Assembly: GCA_947085855.1 (NCBI GenBank)
Contig: CAMTYB010000001.1
Span: 564,427 to 628,426 of the forward strand
Length of the DNA: 64,000 bases
From: an uncultured Candidatus Saccharibacteria bacterium
GTDB taxonomy: Bacteria; Patescibacteriota; Saccharimonadia; Saccharimonadales; 2-12-FULL-41-12
Direction of reading: 5' to 3'
The translations under genes and the position numbers were made by a program. The notes below the pieces were generated by a model that did no database searches, had not been told where the DNA came from, and worked only from the letters and a program-made list of their open reading frames with translations. Positions 37,476-47,388 of the stretch are shown here, piece by piece. Positions within the stretch are counted from its first letter, which is position 1. The number at the start of each line of letters is the position of its first letter.

Positions 37476-37716
37476 CGTGAGCTGTTTACTTGACACATCA
37501 AAAGCATAAACTTTAGTATGTAATTGTACCTTTACACATAAATCAAATACGACGTTAAGTAAGGAATCACCTGAAAAAGTCGAACTAATTATGGGCCACA
37601 AAAAAGCTTTAAAGCTTGGTCAATCGATTGTTCGGCATGGGGTGATTCTTTTAATTTAGAGCCATTCCACGCCTCATGTAGAGGTACGTTTATCAACTAA
37701 ACGGAGGAATGGAGCT

Positions 37717-39060
37717 ATGAATAGTTCACTTTCAAATCAAAACAAAAATATCCAAATTAAATCAGTTAAAGTCAGCGAGCTAAAGGCAGCTGAATATAAC
37801 CCTCGCAAATGGAGTGAAAACTCCATAGCGCAACTAACAAAAAGCATTCAGCAGTTCGGATTAGTTGATCCTATTCTTGTAAATGGCTCTCCCGCAAGGA
37901 AGAACATCGTAATCGGCGGGCACTTCCGGCTAAAGGTTGCTAAGGATCTCGGCTATAAAGAAGTTCCGGTTGTCTATTTGCATATTCCGGATATTGAGCG
38001 GGAGCGAACACTTAACTTGCGGCTTAACAAAGCGGTCGGAGACTGGGACTGGGATTTACTCAAGGAATTTGATGAGTCACTATTAGATGAAGTTGGTTTC
38101 ACCAGTGAAGAACTTGATACCATCTTTGATCTCGATGATGACGAACCGGAGCAATTCGACCTCGATAAGGAACTCAAGAAATTAAATATTTCTGAAATCA
38201 AAGTTAAAAAAGGTGACGTCTACCAGCTGGGTGATTCCAGACTTATGTGTGGAGACTCAACCATTGAAGCAGAAATGCTGAAATTAATGAACGGCGAAAA
38301 AGCCGATATGTGCCTAACTGATCCTCCGTATATTTTAGATTATCTAAAAAGCGGTATTCGAAAAGGCAAACCAACTGAAGGCTTTGGTGCAAAACGCAAT
38401 CGTAAATATCTGGAAACTGACGAATTGCCGGACGACTTTACCGAACTGTGGATGGGCGGTATAGCAAAAATTGCAAAACCGGACTTCAGTATTATCGTAT
38501 ACGAAAATTGGAAGAATATCCCAGTTATCTGGGAAGAAATGGCTAAACGCTGGAAAGTAAAAAACATGATTGTTTGGCATTTGCCGAACCGACACCAAGG
38601 GTTCGGTGGTAAGTATAAGTTCTTCTCCAAACACGATATCGCGATGGTCGGTGCCAGCGGAGAAGTGCAATATAACCACGAAACTGAACCGGATGGTTTG
38701 CAGGAAGAGTATGAAACAGCTTTGTATGCGATAGCTGGGAAGCCCCATTGGCAAAACTACTCAAAAGGTAAACATCAACCAACTGACTTTATCGACTTCA
38801 ACGCAGCAGATGAAAAAAGCAGCGGGCAGGGAATCATATTCGGAGTAAAGCCACTTGAGATACTGATTCCATATATAAAGGTACTCACTAAACGCGGTGA
38901 CCTTATAGTTGAACCGTTCTGTGGCAGTGGCAGTACGCTTTGTGCCGCGACGAAGCTAAAACGCCGATGCTACATAATGGAAAAATCTCCGGTGTATGCT
39001 GAGGTGGCCATGGACAGATGGGAGAAAATGACTGGGCTAAAACGAAAGAAACTGTCATGA
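37717..39060 (+). CDS. ParB-N domain fused to an N6A/N4C DNA methyltransferase (phage type)
   Basis: YNPRK..SIQQFGLVDPI..GGHFRL (ParB/Srx); RLMCGDST; TDPPY precedes EPFCGSGST (beta-class order). Confidence 0.92.
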   Translation: MNSSLSNQNKNIQIKSVKVSELKAAEYNPRKWSENSIAQLTKSIQQFGLVDPILVNGSPARKNIVIGGHFRLKVAKDLGYKEVPVVYLHIPDIERERTLNLRLNKAVGDWDWDLLKEFDESLLDEVGFTSEELDTIFDLDDDEPEQFDLDKELKKLNISEIKVKKGDVYQLGDSRLMCGDSTIEAEMLKLMNGEKADMCLTDPPYILDYLKSGIRKGKPTEGFGAKRNRKYLETDELPDDFTELWMGGIAKIAKPDFSIIVYENWKNIPVIWEEMAKRWKVKNMIVWHLPNRHQGFGGKYKFFSKHDIAMVGASGEVQYNHETEPDGLQEEYETALYAIAGKPHWQNYSKGKHQPTDFIDFNAADEKSSGQGIIFGVKPLEILIPYIKVLTKRGDLIVEPFCGSGSTLCAATKLKRRCYIMEKSPVYAEVAMDRWEKMTGLKRKKLS

Positions 39061-39458
39061 GTACGGCTACTAATAAAACGAAGGTGCTAGAGCAGCTCCG
39101 TAAAACTCCGCTGGTGCAAGTTGCTTGCCAGCGGGCGGGGATTGGCCGGGCAACCTATTACCGTTGGTTGAAAGCCGATGAAGCGTTTGCCGAAGCAGCT
39201 TTCGAAGCAATAGATCAGGGCACATCACTGGTAACAGATATAGCCGAAAGTCAGCTTATTAATGCCATTAAAGACCAGAATATGACGGCGATTATCTTTT
39301 GGCTGAAGCACCACCATGCAGCTTATGAAACTAGAGTCAGAGTTGATGGCCGGATAAAGCATCAAACCGAAGAATTAACACCCGAGCAGTCCGATTTGAT
39401 TGAGCGGGCTCTTAAAAACGCTGGCTTACTGCTGGCAGAAAGTGAGACAATCGAATGA
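39057..39458 (+). CDS. HTH protein, probable terminase small subunit
   Basis: ACQRAGIGRATYYRW HTH and TAIIFWLK motif; ATGA overlaps with both neighbours. Confidence 0.75.
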   Translation: MSTATNKTKVLEQLRKTPLVQVACQRAGIGRATYYRWLKADEAFAEAAFEAIDQGTSLVTDIAESQLINAIKDQNMTAIIFWLKHHHAAYETRVRVDGRIKHQTEELTPEQSDLIERALKNAGLLLAESETIE

Positions 39459-41017
39459 AATACGAATCACCCTTCTCGCCTGAACTATGGCGGGAGATAA
39501 AAACTACGCGAAGTGTGCGTGTGAAGCTAGCTAGTGAGAGTTTATATAACTTTGCACACATCTATTTTCCAGGATACTTTGGATATGCAACTGCACCGTT
39601 CCAGCGTGAAATGTATATGATGCTAGAAGATCCAAATATTCGTCATCTTGGTATTGTCAGTTTTCGTGGTAGCGGTAAATCCAGTATTGTAACCACGTTC
39701 TTCTTGATGTGGGCAATACTCGGCAAGCAGCAAAAGAAATACGCTCTAATAGCCAGCCAAACTCAAGTCCAAGCCCGTAAGCACTTAGCTAATGCCAAAC
39801 AGGAATTTGATAGCAACGAACTGCTTGGAGATGACTTTGGTCCACTTAAGGAAACCAGTGATGAATGGGGTTCAATGTCACTGGTGCTACCAAAATACGG
39901 TGCACGAATCAGTGCCGTATCAAGCGAGCAAAGCATCAGAGGTACCAGGCACGGTTCACACAGGCCTGATCTAGTAATTGCCGATGATGTTGAAGACCTG
40001 CAATCGGTTAAAACTAGTGAAGGCCGGGAGAAAACCTTTAACTGGTATACCAGTGAGATATTGCCAGTTGGCGATCATACAACTAAGTTTGTATTGATAG
40101 GTAACTTACTTCATACCGACTCACTGATGATGCGGATGAAAGCCTTTAGCGAACGTCAGGCTGATCGATTTGTATTCAAAGAGTATCCTCTGCTCGATGA
40201 AAACGGAGTTTGTTTGTGGCCTGGTAAATATGACACCCCGGAAGCTATTGCGCGGGAAAAGATGGAGGCACCGAGCGAACGGGCATATTACCGAGAGTAT
40301 CTGCTAAAAATTCTGCCTGACAATATGCAGATAGTTAAGCCAGAAAACATTAAATATTACGATAATATTCCTCAGCAGCTGGCTGGCGGTTCATACCGCG
40401 TGGCAATTAGCGTTGACTTAGCAATATCCAAGAAAACCTCTGCCGATTATACGGCAATTGTCGTACTTGAAAAGCATGGCTACGGCAAAGATACCAAAAT
40501 CTACGTTCATCCTTACCCGATTAATAAGCGTAATCTCTACAGCGAAACCGTTCAGGACATAGCTTCTCTAAAAGCCCGACATACTTCAGCCGACATATAT
40601 ATTGAAGATGTAGGCATGCAGCGGGCTATTATAGAAATGTTAAAGCAAGAAAATATACCAGCTGAAGCAGTTCCGCTTAATGGGCGGGATAAAGAAGAGC
40701 GCTTGCAGGTGGCTTCCTTTTGGATTATTAATGGTACCGTTCAGTTTCCATACGAGGGCTGTCAAAAACTACTGGAACAAGTCATTGGTTTTGGGGTTGA
40801 AAGAGATGACCTTCTGGACGCGCTAACGCTCGGCATCATTCACCTTATGGAACAAAAGAATAAAGGACCAAGTATACGAGTTGGGTCAATTAGAGGGACG
40901 GTGTTTGACCGAGATATGCGTATGAAGTCAGTTTTTAGCGGAGCAGGTCGTTACCGCGTGTCTACTGCTTCAGATGAAGCTTTCTTCAGCTCGCCCACGG
41001 GGATTAGCATTTATTGA
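39455..41017 (+). CDS. terL: Phage terminase large subunit
   Basis: Walker A FRGSGKS, IRG.R, Walker B VIADDVE, RuvC-like ISVDLA..DYTAI and DDLLDAL. Confidence 0.88.
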   Translation: MKYESPFSPELWREIKTTRSVRVKLASESLYNFAHIYFPGYFGYATAPFQREMYMMLEDPNIRHLGIVSFRGSGKSSIVTTFFLMWAILGKQQKKYALIASQTQVQARKHLANAKQEFDSNELLGDDFGPLKETSDEWGSMSLVLPKYGARISAVSSEQSIRGTRHGSHRPDLVIADDVEDLQSVKTSEGREKTFNWYTSEILPVGDHTTKFVLIGNLLHTDSLMMRMKAFSERQADRFVFKEYPLLDENGVCLWPGKYDTPEAIAREKMEAPSERAYYREYLLKILPDNMQIVKPENIKYYDNIPQQLAGGSYRVAISVDLAISKKTSADYTAIVVLEKHGYGKDTKIYVHPYPINKRNLYSETVQDIASLKARHTSADIYIEDVGMQRAIIEMLKQENIPAEAVPLNGRDKEERLQVASFWIINGTVQFPYEGCQKLLEQVIGFGVERDDLLDALTLGIIHLMEQKNKGPSIRVGSIRGTVFDRDMRMKSVFSGAGRYRVSTASDEAFFSSPTGISIY

Positions 41018-41053
41018 CAAGCAGACTAATATACTATACCCTATAGGGGTATA
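41014..41053 (+). promoter_or_regulatory. Promoter with a CsoR-type operator
   Basis: TTGACA-17 bp-TACCCT; pseudo-palindrome TATACCCTATAGGGGTATA with C/G tracts typical of CsoR boxes; csoR lies in the same operon. Confidence 0.8.
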
Positions 41054-41065
41054 AGGAGATAGAGT

Positions 41066-41536
41066 ATGGAAGAAGGCAAAGCATTAAATTCAATGGCAAA
41101 AAGCGCAACGCTTCATTGTCTAACAGGTTGTGCGATCGGTGAAATTTTAGGTCTCGTCATTGGAACAGCGATAGGGCTTAGCACTATAGCTACAATTGCC
41201 TTAGCAGTTACATTAGCCTTTTTCTTTGGGTTTTTACTGTCAACACTGCCATTACTTAAAGTAGGGTTAGGTTTCTTCTCCGCGCTCTCAATAGTTTTTG
41301 CCGCTGACACATTGTCAATCGCAACTATGGAGGTGGTAGACAACGCAGTGATGGCTATAATACCCGGGGCAATGGAAGCAGGATTGGTTAATCCGCTTTT
41401 TTGGATCAGTATGCCGATTGCATTGACAGCAGCATTTTTTGCGGCTTACCCCGTAAATAAGTATCTATTAAAAAGAAATAAAGGCCATGCGTTGACCATG
41501 AAGTATCACGAAGGTCATGGAAGCCACCAGCATTAG
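41066..41536 (+). CDS. DUF4396 membrane protein
   Basis: ATLHCLTGCAIGE, DTLSIATMEVVDN and AYPVN..L..KGHA motifs; His-rich tail. Confidence 0.85.
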   Translation: MEEGKALNSMAKSATLHCLTGCAIGEILGLVIGTAIGLSTIATIALAVTLAFFFGFLLSTLPLLKVGLGFFSALSIVFAADTLSIATMEVVDNAVMAIIPGAMEAGLVNPLFWISMPIALTAAFFAAYPVNKYLLKRNKGHALTMKYHEGHGSHQH

Positions 41537-41546
41537 GAGAATTACT

Positions 41547-41831
41547 ATGACTAAATATGGATACGCCGAAAATAAAGTTTCAATCAATAAGCGACTTAAA
41601 CGAGCCGAAGGTCAGGTACGCGGTATTGCGAGAATGGTCGAAGAAGACAAATACTGTATAGATATACTAACTCAAATCACAGCAGCACAAGCCGCCTTGG
41701 ATAAGGTTGGTTTGCAACTACTATCTGAGCATACTAAGCACTGTCTATCGAATTCAAAAATCGGACCAAATGGCATTGATGAAAAGGCCGATGAAATGGT
41801 GAGCGCAGTAGGTAGAATGCTATCTCGATAA
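41547..41831 (+). CDS. csoR: CsoR-family metal-sensing repressor
   Basis: RLKRAEGQVRGI..YCIDILTQ..HTKHC (C-H-C copper ligands). Confidence 0.92.
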   Translation: MTKYGYAENKVSINKRLKRAEGQVRGIARMVEEDKYCIDILTQITAAQAALDKVGLQLLSEHTKHCLSNSKIGPNGIDEKADEMVSAVGRMLSR

Positions 41832-41853
41832 ATTAATTTACTAGGAGAATATT

Positions 41854-42258
41854 ATGGAAACTAGATCACTATTAATAGGAATTAGCAGCTTTATGGCTGG
41901 AGGCTTGTTAGTCTCAATTGCTGCAGTTACATTTGAAAAAGATAAGGAGACTGCATCAAATAGCTCTATGTCGTCTAGTATGCAGATGTCAGCAGATTCA
42001 TTAAAAGGTAAGAGCGGTGATGACTTTGATAAATCATTTATTACTGAAATGATTGCTCATCATGAAGGAGCAGTTGAAATGGCTAAATTAACTTCATCAA
42101 ATGCCAAACACGATGAAATAAAACAGTTATCTAACGATATAATTTCAGCCCAAGAAAAAGAAATTGGTCAAATGAAGCAGTGGCAAATGGATTGGGGTTA
42201 TAATAACTCTAATGACACTATGCAAATGGATCACTCAAAAATGAATATGGGACAATAA
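41854..42258 (+). CDS. DUF305 (CopM-like) Met/His-rich metal-binding protein
   Basis: FD..FI.EMIAHHEGAVEMA..AQ.KEI..M..W; N-terminal TM. Confidence 0.88.
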   Translation: METRSLLIGISSFMAGGLLVSIAAVTFEKDKETASNSSMSSSMQMSADSLKGKSGDDFDKSFITEMIAHHEGAVEMAKLTSSNAKHDEIKQLSNDIISAQEKEIGQMKQWQMDWGYNNSNDTMQMDHSKMNMGQ

Positions 42259-42259
42259 C

Positions 42260-42655
42260 TTGGTCAAACCGAAACGGCTTGTAGATATTGCTGCAATAAT
42301 AGGCGTAATCTTCTTTATAGCTATAGTCGTTTATTTATCAAATAAAGAAGAACCAAAAGATAATCAACAGTTAAGTAATGTGAACGCAGCTCAGACGATT
42401 TACTATAATGATGGTGGATTTGATAAGGCATCAGTAACGATTGCTAAGGGTGAAACCGTAAAGTTTGTAAACAATACCGACAATGATCTATGGGTTGCTT
42501 CAGATCCCCACCCTCGCCATACTGATTTGCCAGGATTTGACGCACTCGGTCGAGCAAACGATGAATACGTATTTACATTCGATAAAGCTGGGACTTGGAA
42601 ATATCATAATCATAGCGCGGCAAGCCGTGAGGCCACAGTCGTGGTTACTGAGTAG
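42260..42655 (+). CDS. Cupredoxin-fold membrane-anchored protein
   Basis: VTIAKGETVKFVN, ASDPHPRHTD and FTFDKAGTWKYHNH. Confidence 0.8.
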   Translation: MVKPKRLVDIAAIIGVIFFIAIVVYLSNKEEPKDNQQLSNVNAAQTIYYNDGGFDKASVTIAKGETVKFVNNTDNDLWVASDPHPRHTDLPGFDALGRANDEYVFTFDKAGTWKYHNHSAASREATVVVTE

Positions 42656-43552
42656 ATGAAACGTATTCTAAGTCCCAAATTGATTCTAATAATAAGCGCG
42701 TCGATAGTTCTTTTACTATCCCTCCTTATATTTAGACCGAAAGAAAAAACAGTGACTCAAAAAACGCTTACACCAGTTGCTTCAATTACGCACGCTCATG
42801 GTTTAGCAGTTAACCCAACTGATAATAGCAAAATATATATAGCTACTCATGAAGGTTTGTTTACACTAATTGATGAGAAGGAAATGTACCAGGTAGGCCA
42901 GAGCAAAGACGATTACATGGGGTTTACGGCGCACCCAAATAATCCAGATATTTTTTACAGTAGCGGTCACCCTGTGGCTGGCGGAAATATTGGATTTCAA
43001 AAATCTACTGATGGAGCATTTGAATGGAAGAAAGTTTCTGACGGAAATGAAGGACCAGTTGACTTTCATGCCCTTACAATCAGCCCTATTGATACTAATT
43101 TACTTTATGGTTGGTACAGAGGTAATATTCAAAGGTCTACAGATGAGGGTAACACGTGGCAAAGTATCCGGACTGCAAATCCAATTGTAAATCTTGTAGC
43201 CGATACAGCTGATAAAGATACGCTCTATGCGTCTGGCCCAAGAGGATTACAAAAGAGTACGGATGGTGGTCAGACGTTCACTACACTATTAGTTGGCTTC
43301 ACTTCGGCAATAGCGGTGAACCCAAGCAACGCAAAGCATGTCTTTACTTACAATGAAAAACTTCAGTTGGCTGAGAGTAAAGACGGCGGCCAAACCTGGC
43401 AAACTCGCCCTCAGGACTTTTCAGGCCAGACACCGTTGTTTATGGCGTTTTATAAAGCTGATCCAAAGATAGCCTATTTACTGACCGAAAAAAGTAATTT
43501 GTTCAAAAGTACTGATGGTGGCCAAACCTGGTTAAATATTACGAAATCGTAA
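42656..43552 (+). CDS. BNR/Asp-box beta-propeller protein with His motifs
   Basis: Repeated S-T-D-G-G-x-T-W Asp boxes; HAHGL, ATHEGL, DYMGF, SGHP and VDFH. Confidence 0.8.
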   Translation: MKRILSPKLILIISASIVLLLSLLIFRPKEKTVTQKTLTPVASITHAHGLAVNPTDNSKIYIATHEGLFTLIDEKEMYQVGQSKDDYMGFTAHPNNPDIFYSSGHPVAGGNIGFQKSTDGAFEWKKVSDGNEGPVDFHALTISPIDTNLLYGWYRGNIQRSTDEGNTWQSIRTANPIVNLVADTADKDTLYASGPRGLQKSTDGGQTFTTLLVGFTSAIAVNPSNAKHVFTYNEKLQLAESKDGGQTWQTRPQDFSGQTPLFMAFYKADPKIAYLLTEKSNLFKSTDGGQTWLNITKS

Positions 43553-43560
43553 AAGTTATC

Positions 43561-44238
43561 TTACATCGACATTTGATGACCTTGCATCGAAGGTCCGCTT
43601 GAGCTAATATCATAACCCCACATCTTTGCCCAATCTTGCATATTGCCGATTTCAAGTGTCTGAGCATTAAAGATGTCTTCACTTAATTTTTTGATTTCAT
43701 CATGTTTGGCATTTTGGGCTGACTGGTTTGCCATATCGATTGCGCCCATATGATGGGCAACCATATCAATAATAAACTGCTTATCTAAATCGTCACCGGT
43801 TTTACCTTTCAGGCTCGCGGCCATAGCATCAATACCAGACTGACTCGGTTCTTTGTATTCATAACCCCACATCTGCGCCCAGCTTTTCATATCGGCAATT
43901 TCTCTAGTTTGCGCTTCAATAATTTGTCCGGCAAGCGTACGCAGTTCAGTGTGTTTGGCTTCCGTATCAACGAGCTGTGCCATAGCAATGGCACCCGCAT
44001 GATGTTCCGACATTAAGGTGATAAATGCCTTATCATATTCATCTCCAGTTTTTCCTTTCAATCCATCCGACATAGACATCATGGAAGAATTAAGGCTATT
44101 TTGGTCATTTGATGGAGCAGAGTTATTAGTCTGCTCTGCTTTCTTATCATCCTTTTTTAACGCCGCAGTTCCTGCACCTGCTAAGGCTAGTAAAATTATT
44201 ACCCCTATTAAAATTGTTAACTTTTTTGATTTACTCAT
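43561..44238 (-). CDS. Tandem DUF305 (CopM-like) protein
   Basis: Two M..HH.GAI.MA..AQT.EI..M..W repeats. Confidence 0.88.
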   Translation of the reverse strand: MSKSKKLTILIGVIILLALAGAGTAALKKDDKKAEQTNNSAPSNDQNSLNSSMMSMSDGLKGKTGDEYDKAFITLMSEHHAGAIAMAQLVDTEAKHTELRTLAGQIIEAQTREIADMKSWAQMWGYEYKEPSQSGIDAMAASLKGKTGDDLDKQFIIDMVAHHMGAIDMANQSAQNAKHDEIKKLSEDIFNAQTLEIGNMQDWAKMWGYDISSSGPSMQGHQMSM

Positions 44239-44251
44239 AAAATATTCTCCA

Positions 44252-44815
44252 TCAGGCCGTAGCCTTATTAGGTATGCTTGTTATTCGGATTAATGTTGGC
44301 GCTGCTTTATATATTGATCGTAACGCTATCATAATTGCCAAAACGTTAAGTCCAATTGTTAACATCTGCAACCGGCTATAACCTGCTCCTATGTAACTTC
44401 CCCCAGTTCCACCAACAAGACTTATAAGCGGTGCAAGTAAAGATCCCCCGCACGCTATGCAGTGCGAACTGATGAGCATGGTAAGTGTACCAGCAACCCT
44501 GCCTTTAGTCGATTTTGTCACGTTACGCATAAAGCGTATGACTTGAAAGTTAACCGCTAAAACTACAGACAGAATAAAAATACTAAAGGTTACTGGTTCA
44601 AAGAAAAAGCGTATAACACTCGCGTAAATATCTGTCAAAAAACCTAGTTTATCCAGCGGTGAAAGCAATGGTTGGTTAAATGTTAACTCCAAAATGAGCG
44701 CGATATTTGGTACTAATAACAAAAAACTTAATACTAAAAACCAATAGTATACAAAGCGTCCCCTTTCACCGGGTAAGCTAAGTAATCTTGCAATTGCTGT
44801 TGGTATACGTTTCAC
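44252..44815 (-). CDS. Membrane protein with an intramembrane CxxC
   Basis: 4 TM; SHCIACGG motif. Confidence 0.65.
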   Translation of the reverse strand: MKRIPTAIARLLSLPGERGRFVYYWFLVLSFLLLVPNIALILELTFNQPLLSPLDKLGFLTDIYASVIRFFFEPVTFSIFILSVVLAVNFQVIRFMRNVTKSTKGRVAGTLTMLISSHCIACGGSLLAPLISLVGGTGGSYIGAGYSRLQMLTIGLNVLAIMIALRSIYKAAPTLIRITSIPNKATA

Positions 44816-44824
44816 GGATTTATC

Positions 44825-45352
44825 TTATGCACCTGCCTCAGGTGCTTTGCCGACATTTTGTCGGTACTGATCCATCAGTTTTTGCTCATCATAATTATCG
44901 AATTCAACGATATGATTCCATGATGCCATTACGATCGGTTTTTCTTGACCTTCCCTTGGCATAACTAATGCTTCAGATGACTGAAAATCTTTACGAGCAA
45001 ACGGTTTTGTAAATAAGCCCTTAAGCTTTTGCACTGTAGCCGGATCTGTATCGGGGCGATAGCTTATGACAACGCCACCATGCTCAAGGTTGTGAATATA
45101 GTCTTGAGCAGGTAGTTCTGATGGGTAGGCTTGATACGGAGCCACAACAGTATGTGGACCCGAGGTAGGTATTTCTGCCTTGTAATCCTTATACTCAGGT
45201 TGTCCTTGTTCGAGGTGATCGCGACCTTCATCGGCTTGATCATGCCCCAGGCGGCTTACCGGCGGCGGGGCGTCCTTCTTTTGAAATGCAAGTAAGCTAG
45301 CCATTCCAATGACCGCGAATGCAATAATTCCTATAAAAACTTTGTTTGACAC
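44825..45352 (-). CDS. DUF3105 protein
   Basis: PTSGPH, HNLEHGGVVISY and MASW motifs. Confidence 0.85.
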   Translation of the reverse strand: MSNKVFIGIIAFAVIGMASLLAFQKKDAPPPVSRLGHDQADEGRDHLEQGQPEYKDYKAEIPTSGPHTVVAPYQAYPSELPAQDYIHNLEHGGVVISYRPDTDPATVQKLKGLFTKPFARKDFQSSEALVMPREGQEKPIVMASWNHIVEFDNYDEQKLMDQYRQNVGKAPEAGA

Positions 45353-45433
45353 GTTGTAAGCTCCAGTTAGTTAAACATTAAAATATACAGTCAAACCGAA
45401 ATAAATCGACATGACTTAAATAATGAATAAGGC

Positions 45434-45790
45434 CTAGTTTCGGAATTTACCGTATTCGAGTATTAGATCTGGCGGTCTACGTTTCAAATATGCCCAAAAT
45501 AAGACAGCGAAGGCGAGGCTATATGCAAAGTTTGTTAAAACAAGTTGGTTCTTTAAAATAGCAAAAGCTGGATACGGATCGTTATCTTCTTCTTCAATCT
45601 GTGGTTGCTGTTGCTTACCATTAACCATTGGAGCACAAACAGATTGGCACGGGTTATTATGACTCATCTTCATGCTGTCGTGAGGCATAGTTTGTTGCAT
45701 CAGAAGAGAATGGCCTGCGCCGACACCTAAAACGAGAACTAATCCGGTAGCTAAAGCTAGAAGTAATTTATGCAATTTTTTATGTATCAT
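45434..45790 (-). CDS. Small membrane protein with Met/His and CxxxC motifs
   Basis: MPHDSMKMSHNNPCQSVCAP; C-terminal RPPD. Confidence 0.6.
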   Translation of the reverse strand: MIHKKLHKLLLALATGLVLVLGVGAGHSLLMQQTMPHDSMKMSHNNPCQSVCAPMVNGKQQQPQIEEEDNDPYPAFAILKNQLVLTNFAYSLAFAVLFWAYLKRRPPDLILEYGKFRN

Positions 45791-45852
45791 AACGATGTAG
45801 GTATTATATCAAATTTACTAAGCTATTAAATCTTTGCTGTCAGATTAGGTGC

Positions 45853-47307
45853 TTATTTATTTCTGCGGCATTCTGACTGCATAAATTCTATAGGAGCGTA
45901 ATTGTCGGTTAGCTTACGACTTTCAGACAAACCAAGAGTTATGCCGTCTTTTGGAAGCCAGTTTTGTTCGTTCTGACTATATGTAATAACTATATTCTGG
46001 CTTGATTCTAATGTTGTGTCTTTCAGAGGATATGCTTTTGAGAAGGGAAAATAGTTCTGGTAAGAGTTGTGAATGGAAGACAAAAGTTCACCGCAGGATC
46101 CTTGTTTTGAGCCGATAATATTGGCTGCTACTATGCCTCGCGGGCTTAAGGATCGTTTTAGCTGTTTAGCGTATTCATCCGTGGTTAAAGAAAAAGGTAT
46201 CAGCGTATCAGTGTAAACATCCACAAGTACAATGTCGTACCGCTTACTATTTTTGTTTAAGAATATACGTGCGTCTTGATTAATTACAGATACATTGGGC
46301 AGATCGGTATAACCAAAATACTTTTTAGCAATGGCAAGAAGCTCAGGGTCTATCTCGACAACATCAATTGCTGCTTCGGGATACTTTTGAGCCAAATGTT
46401 GAGGCAGTGTAAAAGCTCCTCCGCCTAGAATCAAAATACTGTCTTTTTTTGGTGCATTTTCTACCAGCTCTGCCATTTTTCGGGTGTAATCGAACACCAG
46501 TTCATTATCGCCGTCGCGATAAATGCCTGATTGTAACCCGCCGGGCCCAGCGGTAATGGCGCGAACCGGCCTGCCCTTATAGTCAATATCAACAATATTA
46601 TATGTTGCTGAGGGCGTATCGATTGTTGCGGCAATAGCAGGGTTCTGAGTGACAGATAGAGACAGTAAGGCAACAATCGCTATCAAAACGGCCGCGATGA
46701 GGCGTTTTTTTACTAAACGTTGCGGTTCGATTAACCAGCTGCTACAAAATAACAGGAAACCTATAATTAAGAGCGTTTCTTTTGAACCAATGTAGGAAAG
46801 GAAGATAAAACCGGTGAAAAAAGTTCCGGCGATGCTGCCGAGTGCGTTTAATGAACTTAGAGAAGCAATTGTGGTTCCGGTTGTTTGCAAGGATACATTT
46901 TTAAGCCGGGCAAGGTAGGGGCTTACGGCACCAATCAGAAAACTGGTTGGTGAAAAAAGCAGTAATGAAGCAATTAAGCCTTGTAATCGCGGATCATTGG
47001 TTAACTGCGGAATGTCAGTAAGAACAGCAGGAGCAATAATCAGTGTTGATACGGTAGCAAATGAACTTGCGAGAAGTATCAAGGCTATATCGAGTTGCTC
47101 TACGCGTTTGTCCGCAATCTTACCCCCGAATATATAGCCTGCAGATAGGGCGGCAATAATAACTCCAATAATACTTGTCCATGCGTAAATTGAACTTCCA
47201 ATAGTTGGAGCAAGCAGGCGAGTAGCAACTAATTCATATGTAAGTAGACTAAAGCCAGTTATAAAAGCAATGTAATCGTAACGGTGTAATGATTTAAGAC
47301 TCAACAT
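45853..47307 (-). CDS. Fused MFS-like membrane / spermidine-synthase-like SAM-dependent protein
   Basis: YEL..TRLLAP.IGSS...W membrane part; ILGGGAF, VVEIDP, DARIFL, YDIVLVD and LTDNYAP. Confidence 0.88.
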   Translation of the reverse strand: MLSLKSLHRYDYIAFITGFSLLTYELVATRLLAPTIGSSIYAWTSIIGVIIAALSAGYIFGGKIADKRVEQLDIALILLASSFATVSTLIIAPAVLTDIPQLTNDPRLQGLIASLLLFSPTSFLIGAVSPYLARLKNVSLQTTGTTIASLSSLNALGSIAGTFFTGFIFLSYIGSKETLLIIGFLLFCSSWLIEPQRLVKKRLIAAVLIAIVALLSLSVTQNPAIAATIDTPSATYNIVDIDYKGRPVRAITAGPGGLQSGIYRDGDNELVFDYTRKMAELVENAPKKDSILILGGGAFTLPQHLAQKYPEAAIDVVEIDPELLAIAKKYFGYTDLPNVSVINQDARIFLNKNSKRYDIVLVDVYTDTLIPFSLTTDEYAKQLKRSLSPRGIVAANIIGSKQGSCGELLSSIHNSYQNYFPFSKAYPLKDTTLESSQNIVITYSQNEQNWLPKDGITLGLSESRKLTDNYAPIEFMQSECRRNK

Positions 47308-47388
47308 ATGACTATTATATGCCCAGGACTCATTAGATAATCGAAAATTGCCTAGACTTCCATAACCAGTGCGGTACTGTTGTGTTGT

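Noticed and set aside
37068-37601. 177-aa minus-strand ORF
   Set aside because: It is antisense to two plus-strand genes that have an RBS, coupling and recognisable motifs
37717-39060. Restriction-modification system
   Set aside because: No adjacent endonuclease; the ParB-MTase fusion before terminase genes is the phage packaging-region type
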